This document shows, one piece after another, positions 38,131 through 47,914 of a stretch of DNA of 64,000 nt (position 1 is its first letter; every line of letters starts with the position of its first letter). Below the pieces are notes generated by a model. The model was not told the origin of the DNA, ran no database searches, and was given only the letters and a program-made list of their open reading frames with translations. The DNA lies in the NCBI GenBank assembly GCA_965215505.1, contig OZ244065.1, positions 1,856,001-1,920,000 on the forward strand, read 5' to 3'. This DNA is from Capsulimonadaceae bacterium. GTDB lineage: Bacteria > Armatimonadota > Armatimonadia > Armatimonadales > Capsulimonadaceae. The translations under genes were made by a program, and so were the position numbers.

Positions 38131-39688
38131 GTTCCAGTATGCGCTCGGCCTGGGTGCGTCCGCCTGCTCGTGCAATCTGCTTGTTGAGGGCTTGCAGGTA
38201 GGCCTTGGTGGAGGCGACGAAGATGTCGGTGTCCGCGCCGTGACCCGTGTAGATGGTGCCGCCTTCGTCCTTGATGCGGATGGTGACGTCGGCGAGGGCG
38301 TCAATGCCACCGGTGACGCTCTGGACCGTGTATTCGATCAGCTCGTTCGGGACGCCGACGATGCGGTTGACGGCACGGTAGACGGCGTCCACGGGGCCGT
38401 TGCCGGTGTCGGCGTCCATCAGGACGGCCCGGTTCTCGTGGCGCAGCTTGACGGTGGCCGTCGGGATGGCGAGGTCGCCGCACGACACCTGCACCTGGAC
38501 CAGCTCGTAGGTCTGCGGAACGGTCGTGACTTCGTCGGAGACGATGGCGTCTAAGTCCTCGTCGTAGACGACCTTCTTGTTGTCGGCGACACTCAGGAAG
38601 CGCGCATACACCTTCTCGAATTCGTCCTCATTGGCGAACGTGTGGCCCAATTCGTTCAGACGGTGTCGGACCCCGGCGCGGCCCGAGCGGGCGGAGAGAA
38701 TGATCTTGCTCTCGTGGATGCCGACCGTCTTGGGGTCAATGATCTCATAGGTCGAGCGCTCCTTCAGGACGCCGTCCTGATGGATGCCTGACGAGTGGGC
38801 GAAGGCGTTCGCGCCGACGATGGCCTTGTTCGGCTGAACGAGAATGCCGGTCATGGTGGAAACCATGCGCGAGGTCTTGTAGATCTCCTCGGTCTTGACG
38901 TTGGTTTGCAGCCGGTACACGTCGCGGCGCGTGTGCAGGGCCATGACCACTTCCTCCAGGGACGTGTTGCCGGCCCGTTCGCCGATGCCGTTGACCGTGC
39001 ATTCGATCTGCCGCGCGCCGGCCTTGACGGCGGCCAGGGCATTGGCGGTCGCCATGCCGAGGTCGTTATGGCAGTGGGCGGAGAGGGTGACGTTCTCGCT
39101 GCCGGGGACGTGGTTCAGGATGCCCGCGAACAGCGCGCCGTACTCGTCCGGCGACATATAGCCGGTCGTATCGGGGACGTTGATGACCGTCGCGCCGGCC
39201 TTGATGACGGCCTCGATGACGCGGTACAGGTACTCGGGGTCGGCCCGGCCGCTGTCCTCGGTGAAATACTCGATGTCCGGGCAGCCCAAAGAACGGGCGT
39301 GCTTGACGGCGGCGACGCCGATCTCCAGCGCCTCCTGTCCGGTCTTCTTCAGCTTATACTTGAGGTGGCTCTCGCTGACTCCCAGGCCCGTATGGATGCG
39401 TGGCCGGGATGCGCCTTTGAGGGCGTCCCATGCGACATCAATGTCCTTGGCGACGGCGCGGGTCAGCCCGCAGACGGTGACGCGGTCGCTGACGACGGCG
39501 GCGACGCGGCGAACGGCCTCGAAGTCGCCGGGGCTGGAGATCGGGAAGCCGGCCTCGATGACGTCCACGCCGAGCCGTTCGAGCTGCCGGGCGATCTCCA
39601 CCTTCTCCTCGACGTTGAGGGACGCGCCGGGCGACTGTTCGCCGTCGCGCAGGGTGGTGTCGAATATCTGGACGATGTTGCTGGGCAT
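38123..39688 (-). CDS. leuA: 2-isopropylmalate synthase
   Basis: [31 protein letters not shown], regulatory domain GNGPVDA. Confidence 0.97.
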   Translation of the reverse strand: MPSNIVQIFDTTLRDGEQSPGASLNVEEKVEIARQLERLGVDVIEAGFPISSPGDFEAVRRVAAVVSDRVTVCGLTRAVAKDIDVAWDALKGASRPRIHTGLGVSESHLKYKLKKTGQEALEIGVAAVKHARSLGCPDIEYFTEDSGRADPEYLYRVIEAVIKAGATVINVPDTTGYMSPDEYGALFAGILNHVPGSENVTLSAHCHNDLGMATANALAAVKAGARQIECTVNGIGERAGNTSLEEVVMALHTRRDVYRLQTNVKTEEIYKTSRMVSTMTGILVQPNKAIVGANAFAHSSGIHQDGVLKERSTYEIIDPKTVGIHESKIILSARSGRAGVRHRLNELGHTFANEDEFEKVYARFLSVADNKKVVYDEDLDAIVSDEVTTVPQTYELVQVQVSCGDLAIPTATVKLRHENRAVLMDADTGNGPVDAVYRAVNRIVGVPNELIEYTVQSVTGGIDALADVTIRIKDEGGTIYTGHGADTDIFVASTKAYLQALNKQIARAGGRTQAERILEHV

Positions 39689-39774
39689 GATGACTTCCTG
39701 ATGGACCTAACCCTCCCTTGACAGGGGAGGGTCGGTCGGGTGCAGTTGCTCCGCGCTTGCGCCGGGGAGAGGTC

Positions 39775-40788
39775 CTAATCCTTGACCATGTCGGCCTTCT
39801 TGACCCAGGACATCAGGCCACGCAGGGTGCGACCGACTTCCTCGATCTGCGAGTCGTTGTCGATGGCGGCTAGGGCGTTGAACGAGGGCCGGTTGGCCTT
39901 GTTTTCCAGAATCCATTCCTTGGCGAACTGGCCGGTCTGGATCTCCTTGAGGATGCGGCCCATCTCGGCCTTCGTCTCGTCGGTGACGATGCGGGGGCCG
40001 CGCGTCATGTCGCCGTACTGGGCGGTGTCGGAGATCGAGTAGCGCATCCCGCCGATGCCCGCCTCGTACATGAGGTCCACGATCAGCTTCAGCTCGTGCA
40101 GGCACTCGAAGTAGGCGATCTCGGGTTGGTAGCCCGCCTTCACCAATGTCTCGAAGCCGGCCTTGACCAGAGAAGTCGCGCCGCCGCAGAGCACGGCCTG
40201 CTCGCCGAACAGGTCCGTCTCGGTCTCCTCTTTAAAGGTGGTTTCCAGGACGCCCGCGCGGCTGCCGCCGATGCCCTTGGCCCAGGCCATCGCCAGGTCA
40301 CGCGCCTTGCCGGTGGCGTCGCGCTGGACGGCGATGAGGCAGGGGACGCCCTTGCCTTCCTGGTAGACCCGCCGGACAAGGTGGCCGGGGCCTTTCGGAG
40401 CCACCATGAAGACGTCCACGCCCTCGGGCGGCTTGACCTGTCCGAAGTGGATGGAGAACCCGTGCCCGAAGGCCAGCGCGTTGCCCGGCTCCAGGTAGGG
40501 CAGGATGCTCTCGCGGTAGACATCGCCCTGGACCTCATCGTTGATGAGGATCATGATGACGTCGGCCTCCTTCGCGGCCTCCTCCACGGTCTTGACGGCC
40601 AGGCCCGCTTCCTCCGCCTGGTTCCAGCGCCGAGAGCCGGGCCGCAGGCCGACGCGGACGTCCATCCCGCTGTCGCGCAGGTTGAGGGAGTGGGCATGGC
40701 CCTGGGAACCGTAGCCGATGACGGCAAGCTTCTTGCCTTCGAGCAGTGTCAGATCGGCGTCGTTGTCGTAGTAAACCTTCGCTGGCAT
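39775..40788 (-). CDS. ilvC: Ketol-acid reductoisomerase
   Basis: [41 protein letters not shown]. Confidence 0.98.
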   Translation of the reverse strand: MPAKVYYDNDADLTLLEGKKLAVIGYGSQGHAHSLNLRDSGMDVRVGLRPGSRRWNQAEEAGLAVKTVEEAAKEADVIMILINDEVQGDVYRESILPYLEPGNALAFGHGFSIHFGQVKPPEGVDVFMVAPKGPGHLVRRVYQEGKGVPCLIAVQRDATGKARDLAMAWAKGIGGSRAGVLETTFKEETETDLFGEQAVLCGGATSLVKAGFETLVKAGYQPEIAYFECLHELKLIVDLMYEAGIGGMRYSISDTAQYGDMTRGPRIVTDETKAEMGRILKEIQTGQFAKEWILENKANRPSFNALAAIDNDSQIEEVGRTLRGLMSWVKKADMVKD

Positions 40789-40819
40789 GTGTTTGTGTGT
40801 TCTCCTGATTGCCGGACGG

Positions 40820-41068
40820 TTAATCGCCGGGTAGTGTCGGCAGAAGCAGCACCTTCAGGTGCTCGTTTGCTTCCAAATCTTCCTCGATCTGCTCCATGAC
40901 GTCCCGGTAGTCGCGCCCCCTGGTGTCTTCAAGGCTAGGCTCAACGACGATGTACCACCGGTCGCCCTCGCGCTGTGCGCCGACGCGGGACATCTTCAAC
41001 TGGAAGTCTTGCGGCTGGTGTTTCCCGACGTAAGCCGCCACGATGTCAAGCGTTTTTGCATCACTCAT
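40820..41068 (-). CDS. Small acidic hypothetical protein (paralog of 41113-41364)
   Basis: 82 aa; HQP...W.IVV.P....Y...E.DLE..E.LKVLL.P pattern shared with neighbour. Confidence 0.7.
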   Translation of the reverse strand: MSDAKTLDIVAAYVGKHQPQDFQLKMSRVGAQREGDRWYIVVEPSLEDTRGRDYRDVMEQIEEDLEANEHLKVLLLPTLPGD

Positions 41069-41112
41069 GGTCAACCCCCTAGGTAGTCGGGCAGCGACAA
41101 TGGGAGGACTCC

Positions 41113-41364
41113 TCAGCCGTGCAGCACAGGAACGAGTAGTATTTTCAGGTCCTCGTGGTCCTCGATGTCGCCTTCCGCTTCGGCCAGACGGCCATAGTAG
41201 TCGTAAGAGTGGGCGTCCTCTTTGTCCGGCTGCACGACGACTTCCCACCAGTCGTCCCGGTGGCGGATGCCCTGTTCCATGACGTTGAGCCGGTAGCCTG
41301 ACGGCTGGTGAGGCTCCAGGTATCGCCGAACGGTGTCAATGATGTGCTGCTGTTCGTCACTCAT
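41113..41364 (-). CDS. Small acidic hypothetical protein, possible HEPN partner
   Basis: 83 aa; start overlaps end of HEPN gene; GGAGG SD. Confidence 0.7.
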   Translation of the reverse strand: MSDEQQHIIDTVRRYLEPHQPSGYRLNVMEQGIRHRDDWWEVVVQPDKEDAHSYDYYGRLAEAEGDIEDHEDLKILLVPVLHG

Positions 41365-41753
41365 ACTCCACCTCCAGGTAGCGGAACAGGGCCACAGAGT
41401 CGCGGATGGCCTCGCGCGCCGTCGGCCCATCCGTCACGCACCTTTGGTAATCGGCGGCGATCCGTTTGGTAATCGGCGGCGATCCGTGCCGCATAGAGAC
41501 GCCGGATGATGGCGATACTGCCGGTCATCTGCCAGTCTGGCAGCGTCAAATACTGCTTCATCAGCTTTGGCAAGGCCTGATGCGCGGGAGTTTCCTGCTG
41601 ACCAAAGCACGCCCCCGCCTCGACGAGTTGATGCGTAATCACGCTGAAGGCGGCGTAGTAGCTACGGCTCACACTGCTGCGAAATTGTTTCTGCTCGTAG
41701 AGCGTCTGCGCGGCATAGAAGCTACTCAGACCGATCTCCTGCCACGTCGCCAT
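41357..41753 (-). pseudogene. HEPN domain protein frameshifted by a 22-bp tandem duplication
   Basis: RSSVSRSYYAAF, H, RIAADY HEPN motifs; duplication 41443-41486. Confidence 0.8.
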
Positions 41754-42072
41754 GTTCTCCTCCTTGAATGCCTTGACGGCTCCGTCCTCGCGCGGCGAAG
41801 ATGCCCGCCGCTATGCCGATAAGCGTGCCGACGACAAGGAACAAGCCCAGGTTAACGAGTAGGTTCGCGACGGTGTCCAGCCCCAGTTTCGCAGTGATGG
41901 CGTTGTAGGCAGTCCAGAGCGCGTAGTTGCCGCCGCCGACGAGCGCCCCAACGAGTAGCCCCTGCCCCACCCGCTTCACCCGCGCGCCCCAGGCCAGTCC
42001 GACCAAGGGGGCCAGGACGAGGACAGCGAGCATGAGTAGGTGGGCCTGGTGTTCGTCAATCAGCTCTTCCAC
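41722..42072 (-). CDS. Small membrane protein
   Basis: Three hydrophobic segments; directly follows ilvN. Confidence 0.65.
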   Translation of the reverse strand: MEELIDEHQAHLLMLAVLVLAPLVGLAWGARVKRVGQGLLVGALVGGGNYALWTAYNAITAKLGLDTVANLLVNLGLFLVVGTLIGIAAGIFAARGRSRQGIQGGEHGDVAGDRSE

Positions 42073-42077
42073 AGGGG

Positions 42078-42569
42078 TCAGATGCCCCGGACGCCGCGCG
42101 CCATGGCGATGCGGCCCGTGCGGACCAGCTCGCGGACGCCGTAGGCTTCCAGGAGCTTTTCAAAGGCGTCTATCTTGTCGCCGCCGCCGGTCAGCTCAAT
42201 GACGAAGGTCTTTTCGGACATGTCGATGACGCGGCCCCGGAAAACTTCCACCAGTTGCAGCAGGGCCGTCCGGTGTTCCACGGGGGCGTTGACCTTGATC
42301 AAGGCCAGCTCGCGGGCGATGATCGGGATGCCCATGTAGTCTTGGACTTTGGAGACATCAATGAGCTTGTGGAGCTGCTTGGTGATCTGCTCCACCTCCT
42401 GCTCGTCGCCGTTGACGACCAGGGTCATGCGGGAGAGTTCCGGGTTCTCGGTGATGGAGACGGCCAGGCTCTCGATGTTGTAGCCCCGGCGCGAGAACAG
42501 GCCCGAAACGCGCGAAAGGACGCCCGGCTTGTTGTCCACGAGGACGGTGATGGTGTGCTGCTGCTGCAA
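42078..42569 (-). CDS. ilvN: Acetolactate synthase small (regulatory) subunit
   Basis: LVDNKPGVLSRVSGLFSRRGYNIESL, KQLHKLIDV, RTGRIAMARG; TTG after AAGGAG. Confidence 0.96.
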   Translation of the reverse strand: MQQQHTITVLVDNKPGVLSRVSGLFSRRGYNIESLAVSITENPELSRMTLVVNGDEQEVEQITKQLHKLIDVSKVQDYMGIPIIARELALIKVNAPVEHRTALLQLVEVFRGRVIDMSEKTFVIELTGGGDKIDAFEKLLEAYGVRELVRTGRIAMARGVRGI

Positions 42570-42592
42570 AGCGTCGTCGCTCCTTGTGTGCC

Positions 42593-43009
42593 TTATGGCT
42601 TGTGCGAGAGCAGAATAGAAAACCCTGCCTGCGTGAAATGGTGATCGGACGTGAAGGCCTCGCTGATGCCTTCTTCTTGCATAAGGACGAAGCTGGTACA
42701 GTCGGTCAGCCCCCACTCTTTATCCGGCCTTTGGCAGTAAAGCGCCCAACCCTTCATCATCAACTCCTCACTCAGCGGGACGATCTCCACCATACCTCGA
42801 CGCATACGGTTAATGAAAGCGATGGTATGTAGGCGGAGGAGCGGGGCACTGAGAGCATCAGCCACTTCCAACAGTACAAAGTCAGATGTGACTAGCGGCA
42901 CCTTCCGCCGCACCAGCCCTTCGTAAACAGACTGCGCTCGGACATGGAGTGCATCCCTGACATTAATCACAGCGATCCAAGCCGCTGTATCCACGAATAC
43001 CGGGATCAT
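42593..43009 (-). CDS. PIN domain (VapC-like) toxin
   Basis: VFVDTAAW, VLLE, WGLTDCTSF, FTSDHHF. Confidence 0.92.
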   Translation of the reverse strand: MIPVFVDTAAWIAVINVRDALHVRAQSVYEGLVRRKVPLVTSDFVLLEVADALSAPLLRLHTIAFINRMRRGMVEIVPLSEELMMKGWALYCQRPDKEWGLTDCTSFVLMQEEGISEAFTSDHHFTQAGFSILLSHKP

Positions 43010-43263
43010 GGTTCCGTCCTTTTGGGTGTCCCATAAAGGTAGTGATCGTGTTGGTGGGCCAAATCCTCGATGCCCGTGTCCATCTGACAATCGTTAATCA
43101 ACTTGGTTAGAGCATCATAATCGGTTTCTTGGATGTTCCCGAAAGTTGGTAGCTGTACCCGCTCGTTCAGGAAGGTAATCAAAACCTCTTCCTCGTCATA
43201 GCCCTCTACAGGTTCGGCGGGGTAAACGATCCCGTCTTTGATCCGACCTTTGATGGTTAACAT
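43006..43263 (-). CDS. Antitoxin, AF2212/DUF104-like N-terminus
   Basis: TIKGRIKDGIVYPAEPV; C-terminal DLAHQHDHYLYG; ATGA overlap with PIN gene. Confidence 0.78.
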   Translation of the reverse strand: MLTIKGRIKDGIVYPAEPVEGYDEEEVLITFLNERVQLPTFGNIQETDYDALTKLINDCQMDTGIEDLAHQHDHYLYGTPKRTEP

Positions 43264-43332
43264 GCTTCTGTTCTCCTGTGCCTTTTGAGGCACTGGCGTG
43301 CCCTCGGCCCTTCGCTATGCGCCTAATTCTGT

Positions 43333-43605
43333 TTAGGCGTGCCATGTATGTATCTGTTTAGGCGTGCCATGTATGTAGTGGTCGTGCTGGTGCGCGAGGT
43401 CGGTGACACCAGTGTCCATCTGGCATCTGTCAATCAAGGCGGTCAGTGAATCCCATCCGGCATCAATCTCAGCGGCCCCAGCATCGGACATGAGCATGTC
43501 TTCCGCTGCGACTTGTAAATGCGCTGTCGACTCTTGTCCACTCTTCGCCGCTTCTGCTTCCAGCCGCGCCTGCATCTTCGGCGAAATGTTTATAGTCATT
43601 GTCAT
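43333..43605 (-). CDS. Second antitoxin-like protein (RHH-like N-terminus, same C-terminal motif)
   Basis: MTINISPKMQARLEAEAAKSG; C-terminal CQMDTGVTDLAHQHDHYIHGTPK; 25-bp duplication at its 3' end. Confidence 0.7.
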   Translation of the reverse strand: MTMTINISPKMQARLEAEAAKSGQESTAHLQVAAEDMLMSDAGAAEIDAGWDSLTALIDRCQMDTGVTDLAHQHDHYIHGTPKQIHTWHA

Positions 43606-43761
43606 GGCTTGTCAACCTCGAAAGAATGTCGTAAACCGCATCTTCTTCGTTGCCACAACATTCCCACATGGACGCGAGAGACAACGCTCGCCAGTCCGCA
43701 AACTCCTCGTCTTCCGTCTCTTCGCCGTGCAGTGCCGCAGAGTTGCCGACTGTTTCCCCGG

Positions 43762-44247
43762 TCACGCCTGCATCAGCTTCTGGAGACACTTCAGCACCTC
43801 GTCACGGTTTTTCGCGGCCTTCATCCACTTCGGCAGATAGCGGGCAAGGCCGGTGTTTGGATAGGAACACTCGTCCCGCAGATCCGCCTCGACGTACCGC
43901 TTCAGGTAGGCGAGATGCGGGCGGTTGTAGGCCCACAGGGTTTCACCGCAACATGGCGTCTGGAACCAGAGCGGGAGGTTGAAGTACCAATCGGTCGCGT
44001 CTCCGTAGGCGTACCCATTGGTCTTCACATCTTTAATATGGCCGCATTTTGTGCAAATGCAGCGGGCGAAAGTGGCTACTCCGATCCACATATCTGGTCC
44101 GGACACTTCATGCAAGGCAAAATTGTGAGCAAGATCGCGCTCTATTTCGCGGACGGTGGCGCAGTCGCCGCAGGAGGGGCAGCGGACATGGAAGGCATCG
44201 GCGAATGTGCTGAGATGCTCTCCGGTGTTCTCAAACCGCGTCGGCAT
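43762..44247 (-). CDS. Zinc-ribbon hypothetical protein
   Basis: CPSC and CTKC; DWYFNLPLWFQTPCCGETLWAYN..HL; LPKWMKAAKNR. Confidence 0.75.
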   Translation of the reverse strand: MPTRFENTGEHLSTFADAFHVRCPSCGDCATVREIERDLAHNFALHEVSGPDMWIGVATFARCICTKCGHIKDVKTNGYAYGDATDWYFNLPLWFQTPCCGETLWAYNRPHLAYLKRYVEADLRDECSYPNTGLARYLPKWMKAAKNRDEVLKCLQKLMQA

Positions 44248-44291
44248 TGCTCCCCCCTTTGCGGTGCCCGCCGCCCCACCCTGCCGGACGA

Positions 44292-46097
44292 CTAGCCCAG
44301 GAGTTCCTGCTCCACCAAGACCGGCTCGCGCTCGGTCTTTTCGTCGTCGCGGGCGGGGCGGGACTCGACCTCGTCCATGTAGGTCTCGCTGGCCATGTAG
44401 CTGTCGAGGGGGACCATCTCGGGCGGGCGCTGGACGACCATGTCGCGGATGGTGCCGCCGGACTTGATCATCGGGTAGACGTTTTCCTCTTTTGCTATTC
44501 TGAAGTCCAGGACGGTCGGGCGGTCGGTGATGCTCATGGCTTCGTCCAGGGCGGCGCGGACGCCGGAGGGCTGGGAGCAGCGGATGCCGTGCGCGCCGTA
44601 AGCCTCGGCCAGTTTCAGGAAGTCCGGGGAGGCTTCAAGGTCCACGTTGGAGTATTTGGACTCCCAGAACAGCTCCTGCCACTGGCGGACCATGCCGAGG
44701 TACTGGTTGTTCAGGATGCAGATCTTGATGGGCAGCTTGTAGATGGTGGCGACCATCAGCTCCTGGATGCACATCTGGATCGAGCCGTCGCCCGAGACGC
44801 AGAAGACGGGCTTGTCGGGCTGGCCGAACTGCGCGCCGATGGCGGCGGGCAGGCCGAAGCCCATGGTGCCCAGCCCGCCGGACGTGATGAACTGGCGGGG
44901 GCGCAGGCACTTGTAGAACTGGGCGGCCCACATCTGGTGCTGGCCGACGTCGGTGACGACGATGGCCTCGTGGTCCGTCACTGCGCCGATCTCCTCAATG
45001 ACACTCTGCCCGTGCAGGACGCCGTCGGCGGGAAAATGCAGCGGGTAGTCCGCCTTCCACTGGCGGACGCGGGCGTTCCACTCGGGGTGCTGCGCGGGCG
45101 CGGCGATCTTCAGAAGCTCGGTCAGGACGGCCTGGACGTCGCCGACGATGGGCACGTCGGCGGCCAGCACTTTGCCGATCTCGGCGGGGTCCACGTCAAT
45201 GTGGATGATCTTGGCCGTGGGCACCCACTCGTCCGCCTTTCCGGTGACGCGGTCGTCGAAGCGCGCGCCGACGGCGATGAGCAGGTCGCACTCGCTGATG
45301 GCGTAGTTGGCATAGGCCGTGCCGTGCATCCCCAGCATCCCCAGCGAGAGGGGGTGCGTCTCGGGGAACGCGCCCAGGCCCTTCAGGGTGGTGGTGACCG
45401 GGGTGTCGGTCCGCTCGGCCAGGGCCAGCACCTCGGCGTGGGCACCGGAGTAGATGGCCCCACCGCCGACATACAGGACGGGCCGCTTGGCCTCGGCGAT
45501 CAGCTCGGCGGCGCGCTGGATCTGGCGCGAGTGGCCCCGGACCGTCGGCTTGAAGGTGGGGATGTTGACCTCCTCGACGGGCGTGTACTCAAATTCGGCG
45601 CGGGAGATGTCCACGGGGATGTCGATCAGGACGGGTCCTGGCCGGCCCGAGCGCGCGATGTGGAAGGCCTCGGCGATGATCTCGGGCAGTTTGGTGACGT
45701 CCTTCACCAGCCAGTTGTGCTTGGTGATGGGCATGGTGATGCCGGTGATGTCCGCCTCCTGGAAGGCATCGGTGCCGATAGACGCCGTCTTGACCTGGCC
45801 GGTGATCGCGACGAGCGGGACCGAGTCCATCATGGCGTCGGCGATGGGGGTGACCAGGTTGGTCGCGCCCGGCCCCGACGTGGCGAGGCAGACGCCGACC
45901 TTGCCAGTCGCGAGGGCGTAGCCCTCGGCCATGTGTCCCGCGCCCTGCTCGTGGCGGACGAGGATGTGGCGGATGTCGGGGAACTGGTAGATCATGTCAT
46001 AGATCGGGATGACCGCCCCGCCGGGGTAGCCGAAGATGGTGTCCACGCCCTCGCGCTTCAGGCACTCCAGGAGCGCGCGGCTGCCGTTGATTATCAT
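44292..46097 (-). CDS. ilvB: Biosynthetic acetolactate synthase large subunit
   Basis: FGYPGGA, RHEQGA, TSGPGATN, GMLGMHG, TDVGQHQMW, GDGS..NN TPP motif, GMVRQWQ. Confidence 0.97.
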   Translation of the reverse strand: MIINGSRALLECLKREGVDTIFGYPGGAVIPIYDMIYQFPDIRHILVRHEQGAGHMAEGYALATGKVGVCLATSGPGATNLVTPIADAMMDSVPLVAITGQVKTASIGTDAFQEADITGITMPITKHNWLVKDVTKLPEIIAEAFHIARSGRPGPVLIDIPVDISRAEFEYTPVEEVNIPTFKPTVRGHSRQIQRAAELIAEAKRPVLYVGGGAIYSGAHAEVLALAERTDTPVTTTLKGLGAFPETHPLSLGMLGMHGTAYANYAISECDLLIAVGARFDDRVTGKADEWVPTAKIIHIDVDPAEIGKVLAADVPIVGDVQAVLTELLKIAAPAQHPEWNARVRQWKADYPLHFPADGVLHGQSVIEEIGAVTDHEAIVVTDVGQHQMWAAQFYKCLRPRQFITSGGLGTMGFGLPAAIGAQFGQPDKPVFCVSGDGSIQMCIQELMVATIYKLPIKICILNNQYLGMVRQWQELFWESKYSNVDLEASPDFLKLAEAYGAHGIRCSQPSGVRAALDEAMSITDRPTVLDFRIAKEENVYPMIKSGGTIRDMVVQRPPEMVPLDSYMASETYMDEVESRPARDDEKTEREPVLVEQELLG

Positions 46098-46142
46098 CGC
46101 TGTTGTTCCTTCGATCGTGCAAAGAGGCGAACTGTCCGAGAC

Positions 46143-46490
46143 CCAAAAAAGCCCCTCGTCCACCCATGAGATGTCTGCGGGCGGAAGACGCCCACAGGCA
46201 AGGGACGAGAGGCTTTCGATTCGGCGAAAAGCGTCACGCGGTACCACCCTTGTTCGATCCGAGACCTAATCCAGTTCATCCTGGGAGGCGACGGGCCGCA
46301 CTTGGAGCGCGATCACGGGCGCGAACCGGGCGGCCTTAGTGGCCCCCCTGGCCCAAATTCTGGGGAGTAGGAGGACGTTCGGGACGCCTGCTCGGAGGGG
46401 AGTTTCCTGGTGGCTTGCTGCCGTCTCGCACCAGCCGACGGCTCTCTGTAAACGCGCGCACCGGGACGTTGTCCTCGTCAATGCAGTTGC
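46143..46490 (-). ncRNA. T-box leader (riboswitch), probably Leu-specific
   Basis: Minus strand: AGAGA and GGTG boxes, specifier GAAA-CTC, T-box AAGGGTGGTACCGCG, antiterminator arm CGTCCCTT, terminator ending GGACGAGGGGC-TTTTTT. Confidence 0.9.
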
Positions 46491-46512
46491 AAATCATTCA
46501 GTTGTGGGGCGT

Positions 46513-46542
46513 AGTATACCCGCAGTGCTTACAGGCTGTCAA
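46513..46542 (-). promoter_or_regulatory. Sigma70-type promoter of the ilv-leu leader
   Basis: TTGACA-18bp-TATACT just upstream of the T-box. Confidence 0.75.
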
Positions 46543-46558
46543 GTGTTTTGGCAGATAT

Positions 46559-47593
46559 TTAGACACCCGTTGGGCGCGGCCTGCGCGTCCGCCGCCAGAG
46601 TCCGACGCCCAGGGCCGCGACGAGAGCGGCTCCCAGTGTTCGCCAGTAGGCCATGCCATGGAAGCCGTCCCCTTGTAAGAGAGGCGGTGCGCTGTCTTTG
46701 CGGGGGTCAATCATCGGGTCGGACGCGAGAGCGCGGACGGAGCGCTGCGGAGCGTTGAAGTTCCAGCCTTCAAAGCGCGTCAGGTAGCCGCCCCTGGCTC
46801 CCGCCGCCCGCCAGAGCAGCGGGGCGTCGGCGGCCTCCCGGACGCTGACGGAGGGGTCGGCGTAGAGGCGGTCGCCGCCCAGCAGTGTGCCTTTGAGCGG
46901 GCCGGGGGTGTAGGCGTACATCTCGACATCGAAGACGCCGGAGTTGGCCGAGAACTTGAGGGGCAGCGAGAGCGTGTCTGACTTGTAGACGATGTGCAGC
47001 GGCTTGATGTCGGAGAAGCCGCCGTGCAGGCCGTGGAGCCTGAGAGTCAGGAAGACGGCACCCTTTTTGAGATAGGGCCGCTGGGTTTCCGTTGGGATGG
47101 CACTGAAGCCGTTCGCGACGAGCCAGTGGTTTAGCGCACCGCCCGCGTTCTTCAGGTCCAGGACTTCGACCGGCTGCACCTGATAGCCGCCGACGGTCTG
47201 CATCGGGTGAACTCGGATGCTTTGAGTGGGCGAGGGTATACCCGCCGCCTTTGTCGCCCAATGCGCGGCGGCCTCGCGCTCCCGGTCTTCGTTCGCCTTC
47301 TCGACGGCGCGGAACATTTCCGGGAAGAGGTTCGGATCGGCCTCCTCATAGTGGGAAGGCAGGGATGGCAGCGGGATGACCCAGGCCATCGTTTCAGGCA
47401 AGGAGCCGGACGACGCCTGCAAGTTCGTCCGAATGATCAGGTGCGCGTTCACGCCGTCATGGAACAGCAGCGCCTCCTTGGTCTTCTCCGTCACCGTGCC
47501 TTTGTAGGTACGCGGGACATGGATGCAGGCGCAGGCGACCGGCACGGCGGCAGCAAGGCAAAGGAGCAGGGCAGACAAACGGCGCATAGTCAT
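46559..47593 (-). CDS. DUF2330-like secreted protein
   Basis: Signal peptide ending ACAC; AWVIPLPS, VGGYQV, WLVANGF, LPLK. Confidence 0.7.
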   Translation of the reverse strand: MTMRRLSALLLCLAAAVPVACACIHVPRTYKGTVTEKTKEALLFHDGVNAHLIIRTNLQASSGSLPETMAWVIPLPSLPSHYEEADPNLFPEMFRAVEKANEDREREAAAHWATKAAGIPSPTQSIRVHPMQTVGGYQVQPVEVLDLKNAGGALNHWLVANGFSAIPTETQRPYLKKGAVFLTLRLHGLHGGFSDIKPLHIVYKSDTLSLPLKFSANSGVFDVEMYAYTPGPLKGTLLGGDRLYADPSVSVREAADAPLLWRAAGARGGYLTRFEGWNFNAPQRSVRALASDPMIDPRKDSAPPLLQGDGFHGMAYWRTLGAALVAALGVGLWRRTRRPRPTGV

Positions 47594-47750
47594 CAGACAT
47601 TCTCCCTGAGAGAGTCCTGGCCCGGAGGTCCCGGCCATGAATGGCCGGTCTAGGGTTTTATTGGGGTACTCCCGGCTCCGCCGGTGGGCCGCCCGCTTCG
47701 GGGCTTCTGAAGGAGCAAGGCACGAAGAGGGGGCGCGGTAAGAACAAAGA

Positions 47751-47774
47751 GGGCGCGGCAAGCGGCGCCCCTAC
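47751..47774 (-). repeat. GTAG-type REP palindrome
   Basis: GTAGGGGCGCCGCTTGCCGCGCCC on minus strand; identical copy at 62432-62455. Confidence 0.75.
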
Positions 47775-47914
47775 GAGGCTCGGACGATGTTATCCAGCGG
47801 CATTCTCCGAAGCCCCGGAGGGGCGGCCCATCCGCCTAGACGGGCGGTTTAGCGCCGGGCTATACTTAAGCGGGCGGCGCATGATCATCGTCCTCTCACG
47901 AGTCGCCTTCGGCC

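Noticed and set aside
40820-44247. Integron cassette array explaining the inserts in the ilv-leu cluster
   Set aside because: No integrase and no recognisable attC (RYYYAAC...GTTRRRY) sites; many inserts overlap their neighbours directly
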